A model generated the notes under the pieces. That model saw only the letters and a list, made by a program, of their open reading frames with translations. It was not told where the DNA came from and ran no database searches. The position numbers and the translations under genes were made by a program. Positions 24,340-36,525 of a stretch of 64,000 nt of DNA are shown in pieces (within the stretch, counting starts at the first letter, position 1; the number at the start of each line of letters is the position of its first letter). Source of the DNA: Gracilinanus agilis (lineage: Eukaryota); the NCBI RefSeq assembly GCF_016433145.1, contig NC_058130.1, forward strand, positions 115,311,873 to 115,375,872, read 5' to 3'.

Positions 24340-25040
24340 TGGTTTTCAAAAAACCCTTCGTAATCTAGCTCTAGCCTATATTTCTAGATTTATTACACAT
24401 TAGCATCCTTCAGGTATTTTACTCCCTATTTCAGCCAATCTGTTTCACTTGCTATGCCGCATACATTATCCCCAATCTCCCACCTCTGGGCCTTTGCATA
24501 TTTTATCTCCTATGCTTGGGATTCGTTATTTGTCACCCCAAGACTTCATGAAATTCTAAGTTTCCTTCCAGGATCAGCTGAAAGGCCCCATCCTTTAGGA
24601 AGCCTATTCTAATTCCCCATTTTCTTCCTCTGGGGCAGGGGTTGGCAACGTATGGCTCTTTCTGCAGGAGCCATAAACTCAATTTTTTTCAGGCGCTGTT
24701 ATAGGAGCGCACTGTGAGCACTGTATGGCTCTCACAAAATTACATTTTAAAAAATGTGGCATTTATAGCTCTCACGGCCAAAAAGGTTGCCAACCCCTGC
24801 TCTGGGGGAAGATACTTAGAACTCTTTGTTATCAGCATCCTCCTCCAGAAATTACTATATATATATATACACACACATATATTATTTTTTGAATACCTCT
24901 CATTTTGTTTTCTTAGTAGAATGTAAGGTCTTTGAGGGCAGAAAATGTTCTGGGTTTTTAAACTTTTTGCTTTTGTAGCTTTAACACTTAGTACAAAGTA
25001 CAAAGCCTCTTTAAGAATATGAAATGATTGAGTTATTGCT
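24340..25040 (+). mobile_element. L2 3' region relic interrupted by an hAT MITE
   Basis: GCCTTTGCATAT...CCTATGCTTGGG...TTCCTTCCAGGATCAGCTGAAAGG before the MITE; AGAATGTAAGGTCTTTGAGGGCAG after it. Confidence 0.6.
24636..24799 (+). mobile_element. Charlie/Buster-type hAT MITE, family A copy 2 (shorter variant)
   Basis: TIRs CAGGGGTTGGCAAC / GTTGCCAACCCCTG. Perfect TSD CTCTGGGG. Colinear with copy 1 apart from two missing blocks. Confidence 0.95.
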
Positions 25041-25701
25041 GTTATTGATTTTAGATTGGATGTGATATTTCTTAAATTGAATTCTAGGGACACTCCAGAC
25101 TTTTCTCTTATTCTAGCATTTATGTTCTGTTTAATGTAAAGATCCTCAAATGTCTGGGGCCATTTAACTCCAAGTAACAGGCTGACTCTCATCTCACCTT
25201 TTCATGGTTCTCATAGGGGTTCTTAACTTAAGGTCTATGAACCTATTTTAAAAAATATTATGATATACATGTGATTGTTTTCCTTTGTAATTTAATGTAT
25301 TTATACATTTAAGAAGGGCTTTATAGGGCTTATCAGACTGCCAAAGGATGAATGGATGAATAGATAGATGGATGGATGGATGAGAAAAGAATTTTAATGG
25401 AGAAACTGAATGTGGACTTTTAAAAAGAAATAAGAGAAACAATTGCCAAATACCGAGACTGGGAAATGGAGATATAAAATGAGTAGACAGGTATCAGAGA
25501 AAGGAAAACTGCAGATACAGTTATCTAGGAGAAAGCAGTCTAACCCTAATCCCAAAAGAAGATTCAGGAAGAGGTACCCACAAGACACCATGATGACTGG
25601 CACTTCACTTAGAGAGGTAGTCTAGGAGCAGCAGTTGTGTCACTGTATTGTTGTGGCCCTAAAAGGATATAAGGAAAAGGAAGAGGATAGCAGTCACTTT
25701 A

Positions 25702-25888
25702 TTTTTTATGTATTTATTTTTTAAACCTTTAACGTCTGTGTATTGGCTCCTAGGTAAGGGTGGGCGATGGGGGGTCAAGTGACTTGCCCAGGGTCACACA
25801 GCTGGGAAGTATCTGAGGTCAGATTTGAACTTAAGACCTCCCATCTCTAGGTCTGACTCTCAATCCACTGAGCTACCCAGCTGCCCCC
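25702..25888 (-). mobile_element. SINE1_Mdo-type SINE with TSD
   Basis: Perfect 14-bp TSD TAGCAGTCACTTTA at 25688-25701 and 25889-25902. Confidence 0.95.
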
Positions 25889-27499
25889 TAGCAGTCACTT
25901 TAGATATGGATTCTTTCTAGGGTTATCATGGAGTATTGTATAAAGGAATGGACTTGGCATTTGGAAGACTAAGGCTTGAAAGGTTCAAATCTGGGCTCAC
26001 ATGCCTTCTTGCTATGTGTCCTGGCACATATCACTTAATTTCTCCATATCTCAGTTTCCTTTTCTGCAAAATTAAAGGGTTGAACTTGATAGCCTCTAAG
26101 GTTCTTTCTACCCCTAAATCTATGATCCGGTGATCCTTCTAGAGAGAAAACACCTTGGCCCAAAATGTCAGTGCCCTGGGGCAAAGTCTTAATATCTCAG
26201 TATTAGTTACAGCTCAGTTTCAGACATTCCATCCTCACCTGATGACAGCCAACTCTCATTATTCTCAAAGAGAGGACTGGGCCATCCACTGATTCATTTT
26301 TCAAGCCCTTGTTCCAGTTGTGATTTCTTTTGTGCTAGACCCTCTTTCTTTGAGCACTCCCCTAACTAATAAGACCAGACCTGAGCACCCTTTTTCAGCC
26401 ATTGTATTTGAACTTTAATGAATGGGAAACAGGATTTTTTTCCTGGAAAACTACATCTGAGAACCAACTTCCCATTTTGATCTGGAAAAAGACCTAAGCA
26501 TCTTGAGAGCTGTTAGGTCTGTTTCATTCCAAGAAGAAAAGAAAAATTTCAAATTATTTAACTGAAACTGTATCAATCATTTAGTAATTATTAATTTGTA
26601 ACAAAGATTTAATCACTCAGAAAAAAAGGTACAAGAGAATTTCCAGATGTGAATAAAGAACATGTGAGTGAATCAATATTATTTTTTTTTCCTGGACACC
26701 TTCTTGTCAGGTAACTACATATATTTTCCTCATGTTTTTGCATAAAGCAATTCAGTCTTGGCATTCACATACACATGTGCTCATGGGTATATGTGTGGAT
26801 ATTTCCATGTATGCATATGTATATTTCAAAACAAAAAAATCAGAGAGTAATTAATTCCTAAACTTTGAAAAATCAGTCATTTCACAGAATATTGACGGAA
26901 TACGAAATGTGATGTTTGAAACAAGCTGTCAGGAAAACCATATGGTAACTCATTCTTTACGCTCTGATTTTCTGCCTTCAAAAGCTATTGAGGAGGAGAT
27001 TTTAAGTTGTAGTTTTTTTCAATTTTATTTCCTATGTTATTGGTCTTCTATCATGTAGCCCTTTCTGGGATTCCTTCGACTTGGTAAGGCATATTTTATT
27101 TTAGCAGAAGGAGGTATTAGTTCTGTAACTTCCTTTTCTGTAGTTGAACTTTCTAAGATCCACCTTATTAAAGAGAAAATTGGTTTTATTTCTCCTTAGG
27201 AATCATAATGCTTTCTCTGAAAGTTCCCATTTACCGCCTTTAAACCCTAAACAACAACAGCAAAATCAAGATTTTAGAATGGCTGGAGTTAGAGGAATTG
27301 AAATAGAATAAAATTCTAGTTGTGTTAATATTCGATAATTATGTTGACTAAGAAGAGACAATTGCCTGCAAAGGAGGACCTCAGATAAGTCCCTTTGCTT
27401 TAAGTGCCTTGGTTTCCTCATTGGCAAAATGAAAGGCTTGAAATAGATTATTTCTAAGATCCTTGTTTGATTGGCATCTCTAAATAATAAAACAGGCCT

Positions 27500-29400
27500 T
27501 CTGAAAATTAAAAATCTTAAGAAAATAAAAAGCAAAAAGATAATTACATTGATAAATACATCCGGAAGCTTTAAAAAAAGTAGCTAACTAACTTGATTTT
27601 ATAAAGAGGAAAACCTAATTGATCATGTAAAATAAAAAAGAGCACTTGTAAAAATTGAAGGGCAAATAATAGAAAATATTGAGACTATTTTTCCCAATTA
27701 TATAACTAGCAAAATACTAAAGTAATATATCAATACTTTAAAAATCAAAATGCCCAAATTAACAAAGGGAGAACTAGATTTCTAATTTAAGTAATCCAAT
27801 ATCAGGAAAAAACCTAGACTGAATGAGCTATTAATGACTTCCCAAAGAGAAAAAAGAACTTCAGTACCAGAGAGATTCACAAGTAAATTATATCAAACAT
27901 TCAGAAAATAATTTCAATACTACTTAAATTGTTCACAATAACAAGAAATATCTTTCTATGATCCAGATAATGTATCATCCCTAAATCCCAAAAAGACAAT
28001 ATAAAGTAAACTATAGAGCAAATTCTCTAATAAACCTTGATATAAAAGTTAAAAAACAAAAAAATATTAGCAAGTAGGTCAAAACAATATATTAAAATAC
28101 TCAATATGACCAGTTTGGACTTATACCAATAATATAGTATTAGCTCAACATTAGAAAGGTTATAAATATAATAAAGCATGCAAATATTATGAATAATTAA
28201 AACCAGTATAATATAAAAAGAAATGCAAACCCAAAATAATATAAATAACTAAAACATATCTTTAGATACTTAAAGGCTTGACAAAATACAACATTTATTT
28301 TATTAAAATCATTAAAAACATTAATTAATAAATTAAATTATTAAAATTTATTAAAATTTTATTAAAAATTCTAGAAATTAAAGATATAAATGGATCTTTC
28401 TTTAAGATCTTTAAGATTTGCCCCATTATATACTAGTAAAATGTTTAGGAAATAGAAGAATACTTTGCAAATGAATTTGCTGAACCAATATAATAAAAAT
28501 AATAATACTATTTAATTTGTTTACAGTTCTCTCCCCCAAATATTTTACAAACATTGGAAAATAATATTGAAAGTTATAAGTTGGTCTAATAAATGAAAAG
28601 TAAAATTTTCAAATATAATATTGAAAAATATTGTGGTTGCCATTATAAAATTTACCCTCAAGTCAGGAGTCTGTTAGTAGCTCTTAACAATATAATTTTA
28701 ATGAAAATGGAGATATATTAAAAAAGGGAAATGAAGGAAGGGGACCAAAAGTCTCCCCTATCTAGAAAAAATACTTAAGCTGAAATTGCAAGCCTGTCCC
28801 ACAATGTACACATGCAAAAATGGGGAAGGGGGTAGGACAAACTTAGGGAGTGGTTTATATCATCACATGGGCCAAAGATTAAATTCTCAAGGCTAATGAA
28901 AAAAAAAATGAGAAGAAAAAGGATATATTAAAACCAAACTGTCTTACTAACTCCTCAGTATTATCTAATTAAAACATCTTGCTACAGGATCAGCTGGATA
29001 GTTCAGTAGATTGAGAGTCAGGCCTAGAGATGGGAAGTCCTAGGTTCAAATCCAGCCTCAGACTTTCCAGCTGTGTGACCCTGGGCAAGTCACTTGACCC
29101 CAATTGCCCACCCTTACCAATCTTCCACCTATGAGACAATACACAGAAGTTAAGGGTTTAAAAAAAAAAAACAACTTGGTACAAATTTAAAAAAAAAAGA
29201 GGTCTATCAAAAGAAAAGATTATGTATATAGAGTATAAAAGCAAACAAATTTAGTAGCATAATGATAAACCCAAAGATCCCAGTTAATGGCAGAGAAGAA
29301 CTTACTCTTTCATAAAATACTGGGGCAATTGGACAATAGTCTGGCAGAAATCATATACATAATTTCTCACACCATACACCAAGATAAGTTCCAAATTATG
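27500..29400 (+). mobile_element. Ancient, highly degenerate L1 ORF2 (RT region)
   Basis: Hand translation gives PERFTSKLYQTFR (from 27867; cf. L1 [11 protein letters not shown]) and NYRANSLINLDIKV (from 28009; cf. NYRPISLxNIDAKI). CCATACACCAAGATAAGTTCCAAAT at about 29372 matches downstream ORF2. Confidence 0.75.
28987..29170 (+). mobile_element. SINE1_Mdo-type SINE inserted in the ancient L1
   Basis: Full body plus A-tail. TSD AAAACATCTTGCTACA / AAAACAACTTGGTACA. Confidence 0.92.
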
Positions 29401-29410
29401 CTATATTTAT

Positions 29411-30300
29411 TTATTTTTTAAACGTTTATTAATATTTCTTTTTTAGAAAAGTTAACATGGTCACATAATTCATGCTCTTACTTTCCCCTTTGCCCCCCCC
29501 TCCCCAGCTCCCCTCTCCCACCCCCATGGCCATTGCGCATTTCCACTGGTTTTAACATGTGTCATTAATCAGGGCCTATTTCCAAATTGTTGGTAGTTGC
29601 ATTGGTGTGGTAGTTTCGAGTCTACATCCCCAATCATGTCTACCTCAACCCATGTGTACAAGCAGTTGTTTTTCTTCTGTTTCCATTCCTGTAGTCCTTC
29701 CTCTGAATGTGGATAGCGTTCTTTTCCATAAATCCCTCAGAATTGTCCTGGGTCACTGCATTGCTGCCAGTACAGAAGTTCATTACATTCAATTTTACCA
29801 CAGAGTATTGGTCTCTGTGTACAATGTTCTGGCTCTGCTCCTTTCTCTCTGCATCAATTCCTGGAGGTCTTTCCAGTTTCACATGGAATTCCTCCAGTTT
29901 ATTATTCCTTTGAGCACAATAGTATTTCATCACTCGCATATACCACAATTTGTTCAGCCATTCCCCAATTGAAGGACATACCCTCATTCTCCAGTTTTTT
30001 GCCACCACAAAAAGCGCAGCTATAAATATTTTTGTACAAGTCTGTTTATTTATGATCTCTTTGGGGTACAAATCCAACAATGGTATGGCTGGATCAAAGG
30101 GCAGGCATTCTTTTATAGCCCTTTGAGCATGATTCCAAATTGCTATCCAGAATGGCTGGATCAGTTCACAACTCCACCAGCAATGCATTAATGTCCCAGT
30201 TTTGCTACATCCCCTCCAACATTCATTACTCTCCCCTTCTTTCATTTTAGCCAATCTGCTAGGTGTGAGGTGATACCTCAGAGTTGTTTTGATTTGCATT
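29411..30300 (-). mobile_element. Young L1, 3' (non-inverted) arm of a twin-primed insertion
   Basis: Minus ORF 29640-30299 (MQIKTTLRYHLTP...) is nearly identical to the ORF2 C-terminus at 20692-21030; the 3' UTR ends in TTTTCTAAAAAAGAAATATTAATAAACG. Confidence 0.95.
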
Positions 30301-30697
30301 AAGTTAAGTGAACATTGAATAGTTTACTTGTCAGATATCTGGGAAAGGAAAGATTTTAAAACCAAGCAAGAGTTAGAGAAAATTACAAAATGTAAAATAA
30401 ATGATTTTGATTATATCAAACTAAAAAGCTTTTGTACAAACAAAAACAATGTAGCCAAAATCAGAAGGGAAACAACAAATTGGGAAAAAATCTTTATAAC
30501 AAAAAACTCTGACAGGGGTCTAATTACTCAAATATACAAGGAGTTAAACCAATTGTATAAAAAATCAAGCCATTCCCCAATTGATAAATGGACAAGAGAC
30601 ATGAATAGGCAATTTTCAGATAAAGAAATCAAAACTATCAATAAGCACATGAGAAAGTGTTCTAAATCTCTAATAATCAGAGAAATGCAAATCAAAA
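30301..30697 (+). mobile_element. Young L1, inverted 5' arm of the same insertion
   Basis: Matches 20305-20702 of the long L1 in the opposite orientation to the adjoining arm. TSD AAATTATGCTATATTTAT (29393-29410) / AAATTACATTATATTTAT (30695-30712). Confidence 0.92.
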
Positions 30698-30721
30698 TTA
30701 CATTATATTTATATATAACGT

Positions 30722-30900
30722 TTGAGCTTTTCTTGCCAAAGATGCTAGAGTGGTTTGCCATTTCCTTCTTCAACTCATTTTACAGATAAGGAAACTGAGG
30801 CAAACAGAGTTAAGAAAGTTGTTCAGGGTCACAGATTTGAACTCAGGAAGATGAGTATTCCTGACTCTAGGTCAGGAACTCTATTTATTGTGCCACCTGG
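30722..30900 (-). mobile_element. Mar1-type CORE-SINE
   Basis: TTCTTGCCAAAGATGCTAGAGTGGTTTGCCATTTCCTTC...TCATTTTACAGATAAGGAAACTGAGGC. Confidence 0.85.
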
Positions 30901-30904
30901 TTAT

Positions 30905-31480
30905 GTCCTAGGCATGCCATTACTAGATATATCTCAATGAAATCAAGAAAAGGAGGGTGGGGAACCTACATTAAAAAAATAGTTACAGCAGCTTTTTTTG
31001 TGGTAATTCCAAATTGGAATTTAGGGTATCTTTCTCGAATGACTAAATAAATTGTGATGTGTACCTAAAATGGAATATTAATTTACCATAAAAATTATGA
31101 AGTATATTTTTTTCAGTTGAAACTGGAAAGATCTTTGTAAATTTTTAGAGTGTAAAGTAAACAGAACTAGTAGAACAATTGATAACAATGATAAAAAACA
31201 CTATGGAGAAAAACAGTTTTAAAAGACATTAAAACTCTGATCAATGCAATATTAAATTATGAGACCAAAGGACTGAAGATGAAACATACCACTCACTTCT
31301 TGACAGAGAAGTGATGAACCTAAAATGCCAAAAATGAAATGCCAAAAATGAAATTTTAGGATACAACTAATGCAGGAATTTATTTAGCCAAACTATGTAG
31401 ATATATATTGATATCAAGGGATTTATTTTTATCTTTAATTAGCTAAATGGCAGGGGAGTTAGCTGGAAAGAAAGATTAAA
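30905..31480 (+). mobile_element. Ancient L1 3' region (likely continuation of 27500-29400)
   Basis: ACAGCAGCTTTTTTTGTGGTA...AATTGG...GAATGACTAAATAAATTGTG...AATGGAATATT resembles the end of L1 ORF2 and its 3' UTR. Confidence 0.65.
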
Positions 31481-31923
31481 CAATGTGTTAGAATACTTAG
31501 TGACTGTCTGGAGGCAGAAGAACTGAAGAGTAATTAAATTCTAGATGTTTTCATGTTATATGTTGTTTCCTGAGAAGAGAAAATTCACTAGATTTGAGGA
31601 CTTTGAACAAATCACTTGGCCTCTTAGTACCTCAGTTTCTTCATCTGTAAAATGAAGGAGTTAGACGAGATTATCTCTTAGGTCTTTGCTAGTTCAAAGT
31701 ATTATGAACTATCAACCCAGAAAGTTGGTTGGGATAGAAGAAACACTGATCCCTTAAAAAATATTCTTGATTTTTAGTAATAGGCATTTTTGAAGAAAAG
31801 TTAAAGAAAATGAAGAGATTGGTGGAGAAGGAAAATCGTTAAGTTATTTTATCCAGACAGACTGATCAGCTTTAACCATTAAAGAAAGAACAGATAAAGA
31901 AACAGATAAAACTGACTGAATGA

Positions 31924-32110
31924 GGGGGCAGCTGGGTAGCTCAGTGGAGTGAGAGTCAGGCCTAGAGACAGGAGGTCCTAGGTTCAAACCCGGCCTCAGC
32001 CACTTCCCAGCTGTGTGACCCTGGGCAGGTCACTTGACCCCCATTGCCCACCCTTACCACTCTTCCACCTATGAGACAATACACCAAAAGTACAAGGGTT
32101 TAAAAAAAAA
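31924..32110 (+). mobile_element. Very young SINE1_Mdo-type SINE
   Basis: Intact head with CpGs retained and A-tail. TSD TGACTGAATG at 31913-31922 and 32111-32120. Confidence 0.97.
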
Positions 32111-32499
32111 TGACTGAATGTCCATTGTGTTCCCAGAAGAAAGGACAAGCTAGTTCAACAACTTAATGATTATTTTTTTTAAATTACCCGTTTGTTCTAT
32201 TGCTTAAATGCCTTTTGCTAACCAAGAGGAGTATAACTATGGCACAACATTCTTCAAAAACCTATTTGGTTCCTGGGAGACTCTTCCCAAATCCACTAAC
32301 TTAAACGTGTGCTATCAATGTGGTTGCTTTACTTGTCCTTTTTTACACATGATGGTGTTTTGTGATTTTTTTACATAAGAATATGTCTATATGTATGAGA
32401 TCTCTGCACAAGTTGGTTAACACCAAGAAGAGGGCAGGTTCTTCGACAATGAACATCTCTTTCTGAATAGTTTGCTTGATCTATTAGAAATAACATGCT

Positions 32500-32640
32500 T
32501 TTTTTTTTTTGGCCCCTACCTTGTGTTTTAGTATTAGTCTTAAAGACAGAAAAACAACAAGGACTAGGCAATTGGGGGCAAGCGATTTGCCCAGGGTCAC
32601 AGCTGGGAAATGTCTTGAACCCAGGTCTTCCCAACTAGAT
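32500..32640 (-). mobile_element. SINE1-type SINE, older partial copy
   Basis: Poly-T then ...CTAGGCAATTGGGGGCAAGCGATTTGCCCAGGGTCACAGCTGGGAA. Confidence 0.75.
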
Positions 32641-33079
32641 ATGAGGACTTTGAACAAATCAGGTAAAAAGCCAGGTACATTGTACTACCTGTAAGTGGGC
32701 AAAGCATACAAAGATTGCCACAGTGGCTCACTGAACAATGAAGCACCTACTCTGTGCACAATCCTATCTTAGGTTCTGAGTCTACAAAGGGGGTTATGTT
32801 TTATTTGAGGAGGGGCGGTGGAAGGATGATATGGCATATACACAGATAGATAAATACAAGGCAGGGAATAATAGGCTCAAATGAGAGATTCAGACTGAGT
32901 GCTCTAGAAAAGTTTAAGGAAGCGAAGATTTGCTGACAGCATCCAGGAAGGTTACATAGAAAAAGTGATATTTGGATTAGAACTTGAAGAAAGATTTTCA
33001 AAAATAGAGAGAAGGGAAGTGTATTTCATGCATGAGGGAATAGCTTATTTTGAAAGTTTTGAAACCAGATCTCATTTCA

Positions 33080-33310
33080 GAGGCAGTGTGTGGTAGTGAT
33101 TAAAGTTTGGGACTTGTAGTTAGAAAGTCTGAGGATTAAATCCTGACTCAGATACTTTACTAGTTGTGTGACCCTGAGCAAGTCACTTAATTCTGTCCCA
33201 GTTTTCTTCCTCTGTAAAATGAGCTGGAGAAGGAAATGGAAACCTCTCCAATGTTGTTGGCAAGAAAACTCCAAATGGGGTCACAAAGAGTTCTGCATGG
33301 CTGAAAAAAA
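33080..33310 (+). mobile_element. Mar1-type CORE-SINE
   Basis: CORE followed by GAGCTGGAGAAGGAAATGGAAACCTCTCCAATG...GGCAAGAAAACTCCAAATGGGGTCACAAAGAGT. Confidence 0.85.
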
Positions 33311-33759
33311 TGCTTGAATGTCTCTTAAGTACGCATAGTAGGCACTGAATAAATGCTTGTTAACTTGACTTCCATTTCTTAATCCAAGATTTTATGGATT
33401 TGGCTGGAAGCTAGATTGCAAGATAAGAGAGGAATGTGAAATAAGTCTGGAGGACTAGGTTGGAGCCAATTTGTGGAGGGTCTTAAATGCTAGACTGAGG
33501 AATTTTTATTTTATCCTAGAGGAAATAGAGATGAATTCATCTACCAAGTCAGATGACATTGGGGCAAGCTGTTTGAATCTGATGCTGAGGGATGTATCTT
33601 GCCCTAGACAGAAAAACCAAACCAAATAAAAATAAATCTTTCTTTTTCCTTCCAGGTGGTTGATAGCAATAGCTCAGGTTTGAAGTGAATTGAAATTCTC
33701 TCCAAATACTATTATCATGACAAATATAGCCCCTTTTTTTCCTGTTCCTTAAGAGTACC

Positions 33760-34455
33760 ATGATAGCCTCTTAACAGATCTCAAAACCTTTTGTTCAATG
33801 CTACTCTTCCCCACCTCCTACTGATTCTCTTCCTCTATCCCCAACACTTTCCCCAAAACTTCTTATTATTGCCAGACCAATCTTTCTTATACATAGTTTT
33901 GGTCATTTAATTCATCTGTTTAAGAATTTTTAGTGGGTCCATATTCCCCACCAAATAAAGTCCAGTCTTTCTTTCCTGGTATTTAAGGACCTTCATGGTC
34001 AGGGATAAACTTAGCTTTTCAAATTCATCCCCAGCTAGATGACTCACCATTCCCTGATCATGGATGGCCTACACTTTCCTTTCTCCCTGCTTAGGTTCAT
34101 AAGTGCCTGGGATGCTTTCCCATCCCCTCTTCCAATTTAGATTTCCATTCACCCATCAGAGCCCAATTACTATGCCACTTCCTGCATTGAAGCCTTTCCT
34201 TACCTTCCAGTTGGTCAAGAGTCTCCCACCTCCCAAAGCATGTTATTGGGTAACTCTGATTCACTTCATTCCCAGTCCTCCCAGTAACAAGTAACTCACT
34301 CTTGCATTTGTCACATAATACAATATAACAATGTCTTTTGTAATTGTTGATACCTTATTACAGGCTAGAGACCTAAGCTACTTAAGGGCAGGGACTATGA
34401 CTTATCTAAACTTTGCATTTCTCCTAGGACCTAGCCAAATACTATGCATAGATGG
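33760..34455 (+). mobile_element. L2 3' region relic
   Basis: GCCAGACCAATCTTTCT...AAATAAAGTCCAG...TTTAAGGACCTTCATGGTC...CTTAAGGGCAGGGACTATG. Confidence 0.7.
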
Positions 34456-35030
34456 TTATTATTTTAGTTGTTCTTCTTCCTTGAAGAGAACCAGAATGAC
34501 ATCACTGTTATCTTTTGATTTGTAATTAAATTGAATTTAAGTAAAGCAGATTTTCACAGAGTCATCCACCTCACTCTCTTCCAGAGACATGGAAATCCAG
34601 TGGTAGGACAATAATTAAAATGTCTAGGGATGGCTTGGGATGCAGTGGATGGATGGCCTAGACTTCTTTGATGTTTAACCAGATTCAAAGCCTTCCATAG
34701 GACCTGCTTCTGCTGCTTTCATGGACATTGGAACAAATTGTTCTAATCTACCCTTTCTGCTTGGGGAAGTTTCCATGTGCCTAGCGTAGACATCCTCCTA
34801 ACCCACAGGTGGGATTGAGACCTATTGCTTACCCTCTACCTGGTTTAGCTCATCTGAAGAGACAGTTTACTGAGGTTTGGCCATTGCACATGCTTCTTGG
34901 GCCCACAGATGAGAGTTGAGTGAAAGGTGAATACTAAAGGTGGATGAGCAGCCCTGAAAAGAGCTTGGCAAACCCTCATACTAGAGGTCTTAATCCTCTT
35001 AGTCACCCTGTATACCTCACTCTGAATAGG
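34455..35030 (-). mobile_element. RTE-related non-autonomous element (WALLSI4-like)
   Basis: GTTGTT rc-tail, then CCTTGAAGAGAACCAGAATGACATC...CTCACTCTCTTCCAGAGACATGGAAATCCAGTGG...AAAGGTGGATGAGCAGCCCTGAAAAG, matching the recalled marsupial RTE-SINE consensus. Family name from memory. Confidence 0.65.
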
Positions 35031-35203
35031 TAGGTATTTAATAAATAAGGTAGCCTTTCTAGAGTACAAAAGGCACACAATTAAGAGTCAGGGTTTCTGG
35101 ATTCATGCCAGGGCTTTATTTTTATGATTTGGGGCAAATAGCTTCTCTGAGTCTCAGCTTCTTCATCTGTAAACTAAAAGAGTTTGGTTAGATAAGCTAT
35201 ATT

Positions 35204-35412
35204 GGGGGCAGCTGGGTGGTTCAGTGGGTTGAGCATCAGGTCTAAAGATGGGAGGTCCTTGGTTCAAATCTGGCCTCGGACACTTCCTAGCTGTGTGACC
35301 CTGGGCAAATCATTTAACCCCCATAGCCTAGCCCTTACAACTCTTCTGTCTTAGAACCAATACATAAAATTGATTCCAGTATGAAAGGTAAGGGTTTAAA
35401 AAAATTAAAAAA
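35204..35412 (+). mobile_element. SINE1_Mdo-type SINE nested in a MIR
   Basis: TSD AGATAAGCTATAT / AGATAAGCTGTAT. Confidence 0.92.
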
Positions 35413-36304
35413 AGATAAGCTGTATGATTCCCTCTAGCTTAATATTTCTCATCTGAAATGTTTGGGGTTTTGGGTCTAGCACAGAAGGACAGTGGCTGGG
35501 GATATGTTTACAAACAGAAGTATAACTTGGATGTGTGTGGCAAGTAACACAAACTGTTCCTGGGGCAAGAGGAGTTGGGCTTGAGGAATGAGGAGAAGGG
35601 TATATAATCCTTAGGTGAGAAGATAGAGATCCTAGAACATCAATGTAGGGTCACTGCTGGGTAGGTAGCGATATTGGGGGAGTAAGGGAAAGGGCTAACT
35701 AGTAAGGACAGGAGTACAAACCAGTTGGCTTCTAATTTTAACTAATTGTTCTTGCTAACTAATTGCTAAGGTCTGATCTTTTTATGCAAGGACAGGAATT
35801 GCTGTCTAGAATTGTGCTCTTTAAATTTGTCACCCTAAGGTAAAGCTCAAAGCACCCCACCCTAGTTACAGGAAGAGCTGGTTTGCCTAGGGAATAAAAC
35901 AGAAAAGGTTTTGAAGAGGCTTAGGTATCACTTAGGCTGAGTCAAACTAATTGAGTAATGAAGCTATAGTTTACCTTTTCTATTCATGGTTCTTGTCCCC
36001 AAATTCCCTTACATTGCAGTAAAAGTACATTGCTTTGCATTTTTTAATTAGCTTAATGTGTATACTGTATTGTAGCAAAAACCATGAGGATAGAGAAAAT
36101 GAAATCCCAGAGTACAGTTTTCCTATAAGAATTACCCCCTACTCCATTCCTCTGGTAATGGTAGTAAAAACCATCTCCTCTTCAGTGGTCTGTCCTGGAG
36201 ACTATATTTCACATAAAGTTTCATAATACCTGTCTCACATGGTTGTCATGAACTGGAAAGCACTGTACACATGTATGACTATTGTTATTATTAAACATAC
36301 TGAC

Positions 36305-36525
36305 ATTTTGAGGCAGCATGGTATAATGGAAAGTCTACATTTTTAAGTCTCATCCCTGACATCTGCTGGTTGTGTGATCCTGGGCAAGTCACTTACCCTT
36401 GACTCTCAGAGACCCAGGCAATTCCCTAAGACTATATACATTGTCTGTGATGCATATAGATGTTGATCTGCCCTGGAGAGGAAACTCTTCAACAGGAACT
36501 TTCAAAAATCAATGAAATCACATCT
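36305..36525 (+). mobile_element. Marsupial CORE-SINE with a non-RTE tail (Mar2/Mar3-like; family uncertain)
   Basis: CTGGGCAAGTCACTT...CCCAGGCAATTCCCTAAGACTATA...GATCTGC...AATGAAATCACA. The same tail occurs at 43480-43680, 53790-54165 and 55560-55720. Confidence 0.65.

Noticed and set aside
26890-26946. Plus-strand 57-nt AG...GT segment NIDGIRNVMFETSCQENHM
   Set aside because: Weak pyrimidine tract, unrecognised peptide, no partner exons; similar isolated candidates near 11398, 55139 and 59550 were dropped for the same reasons.
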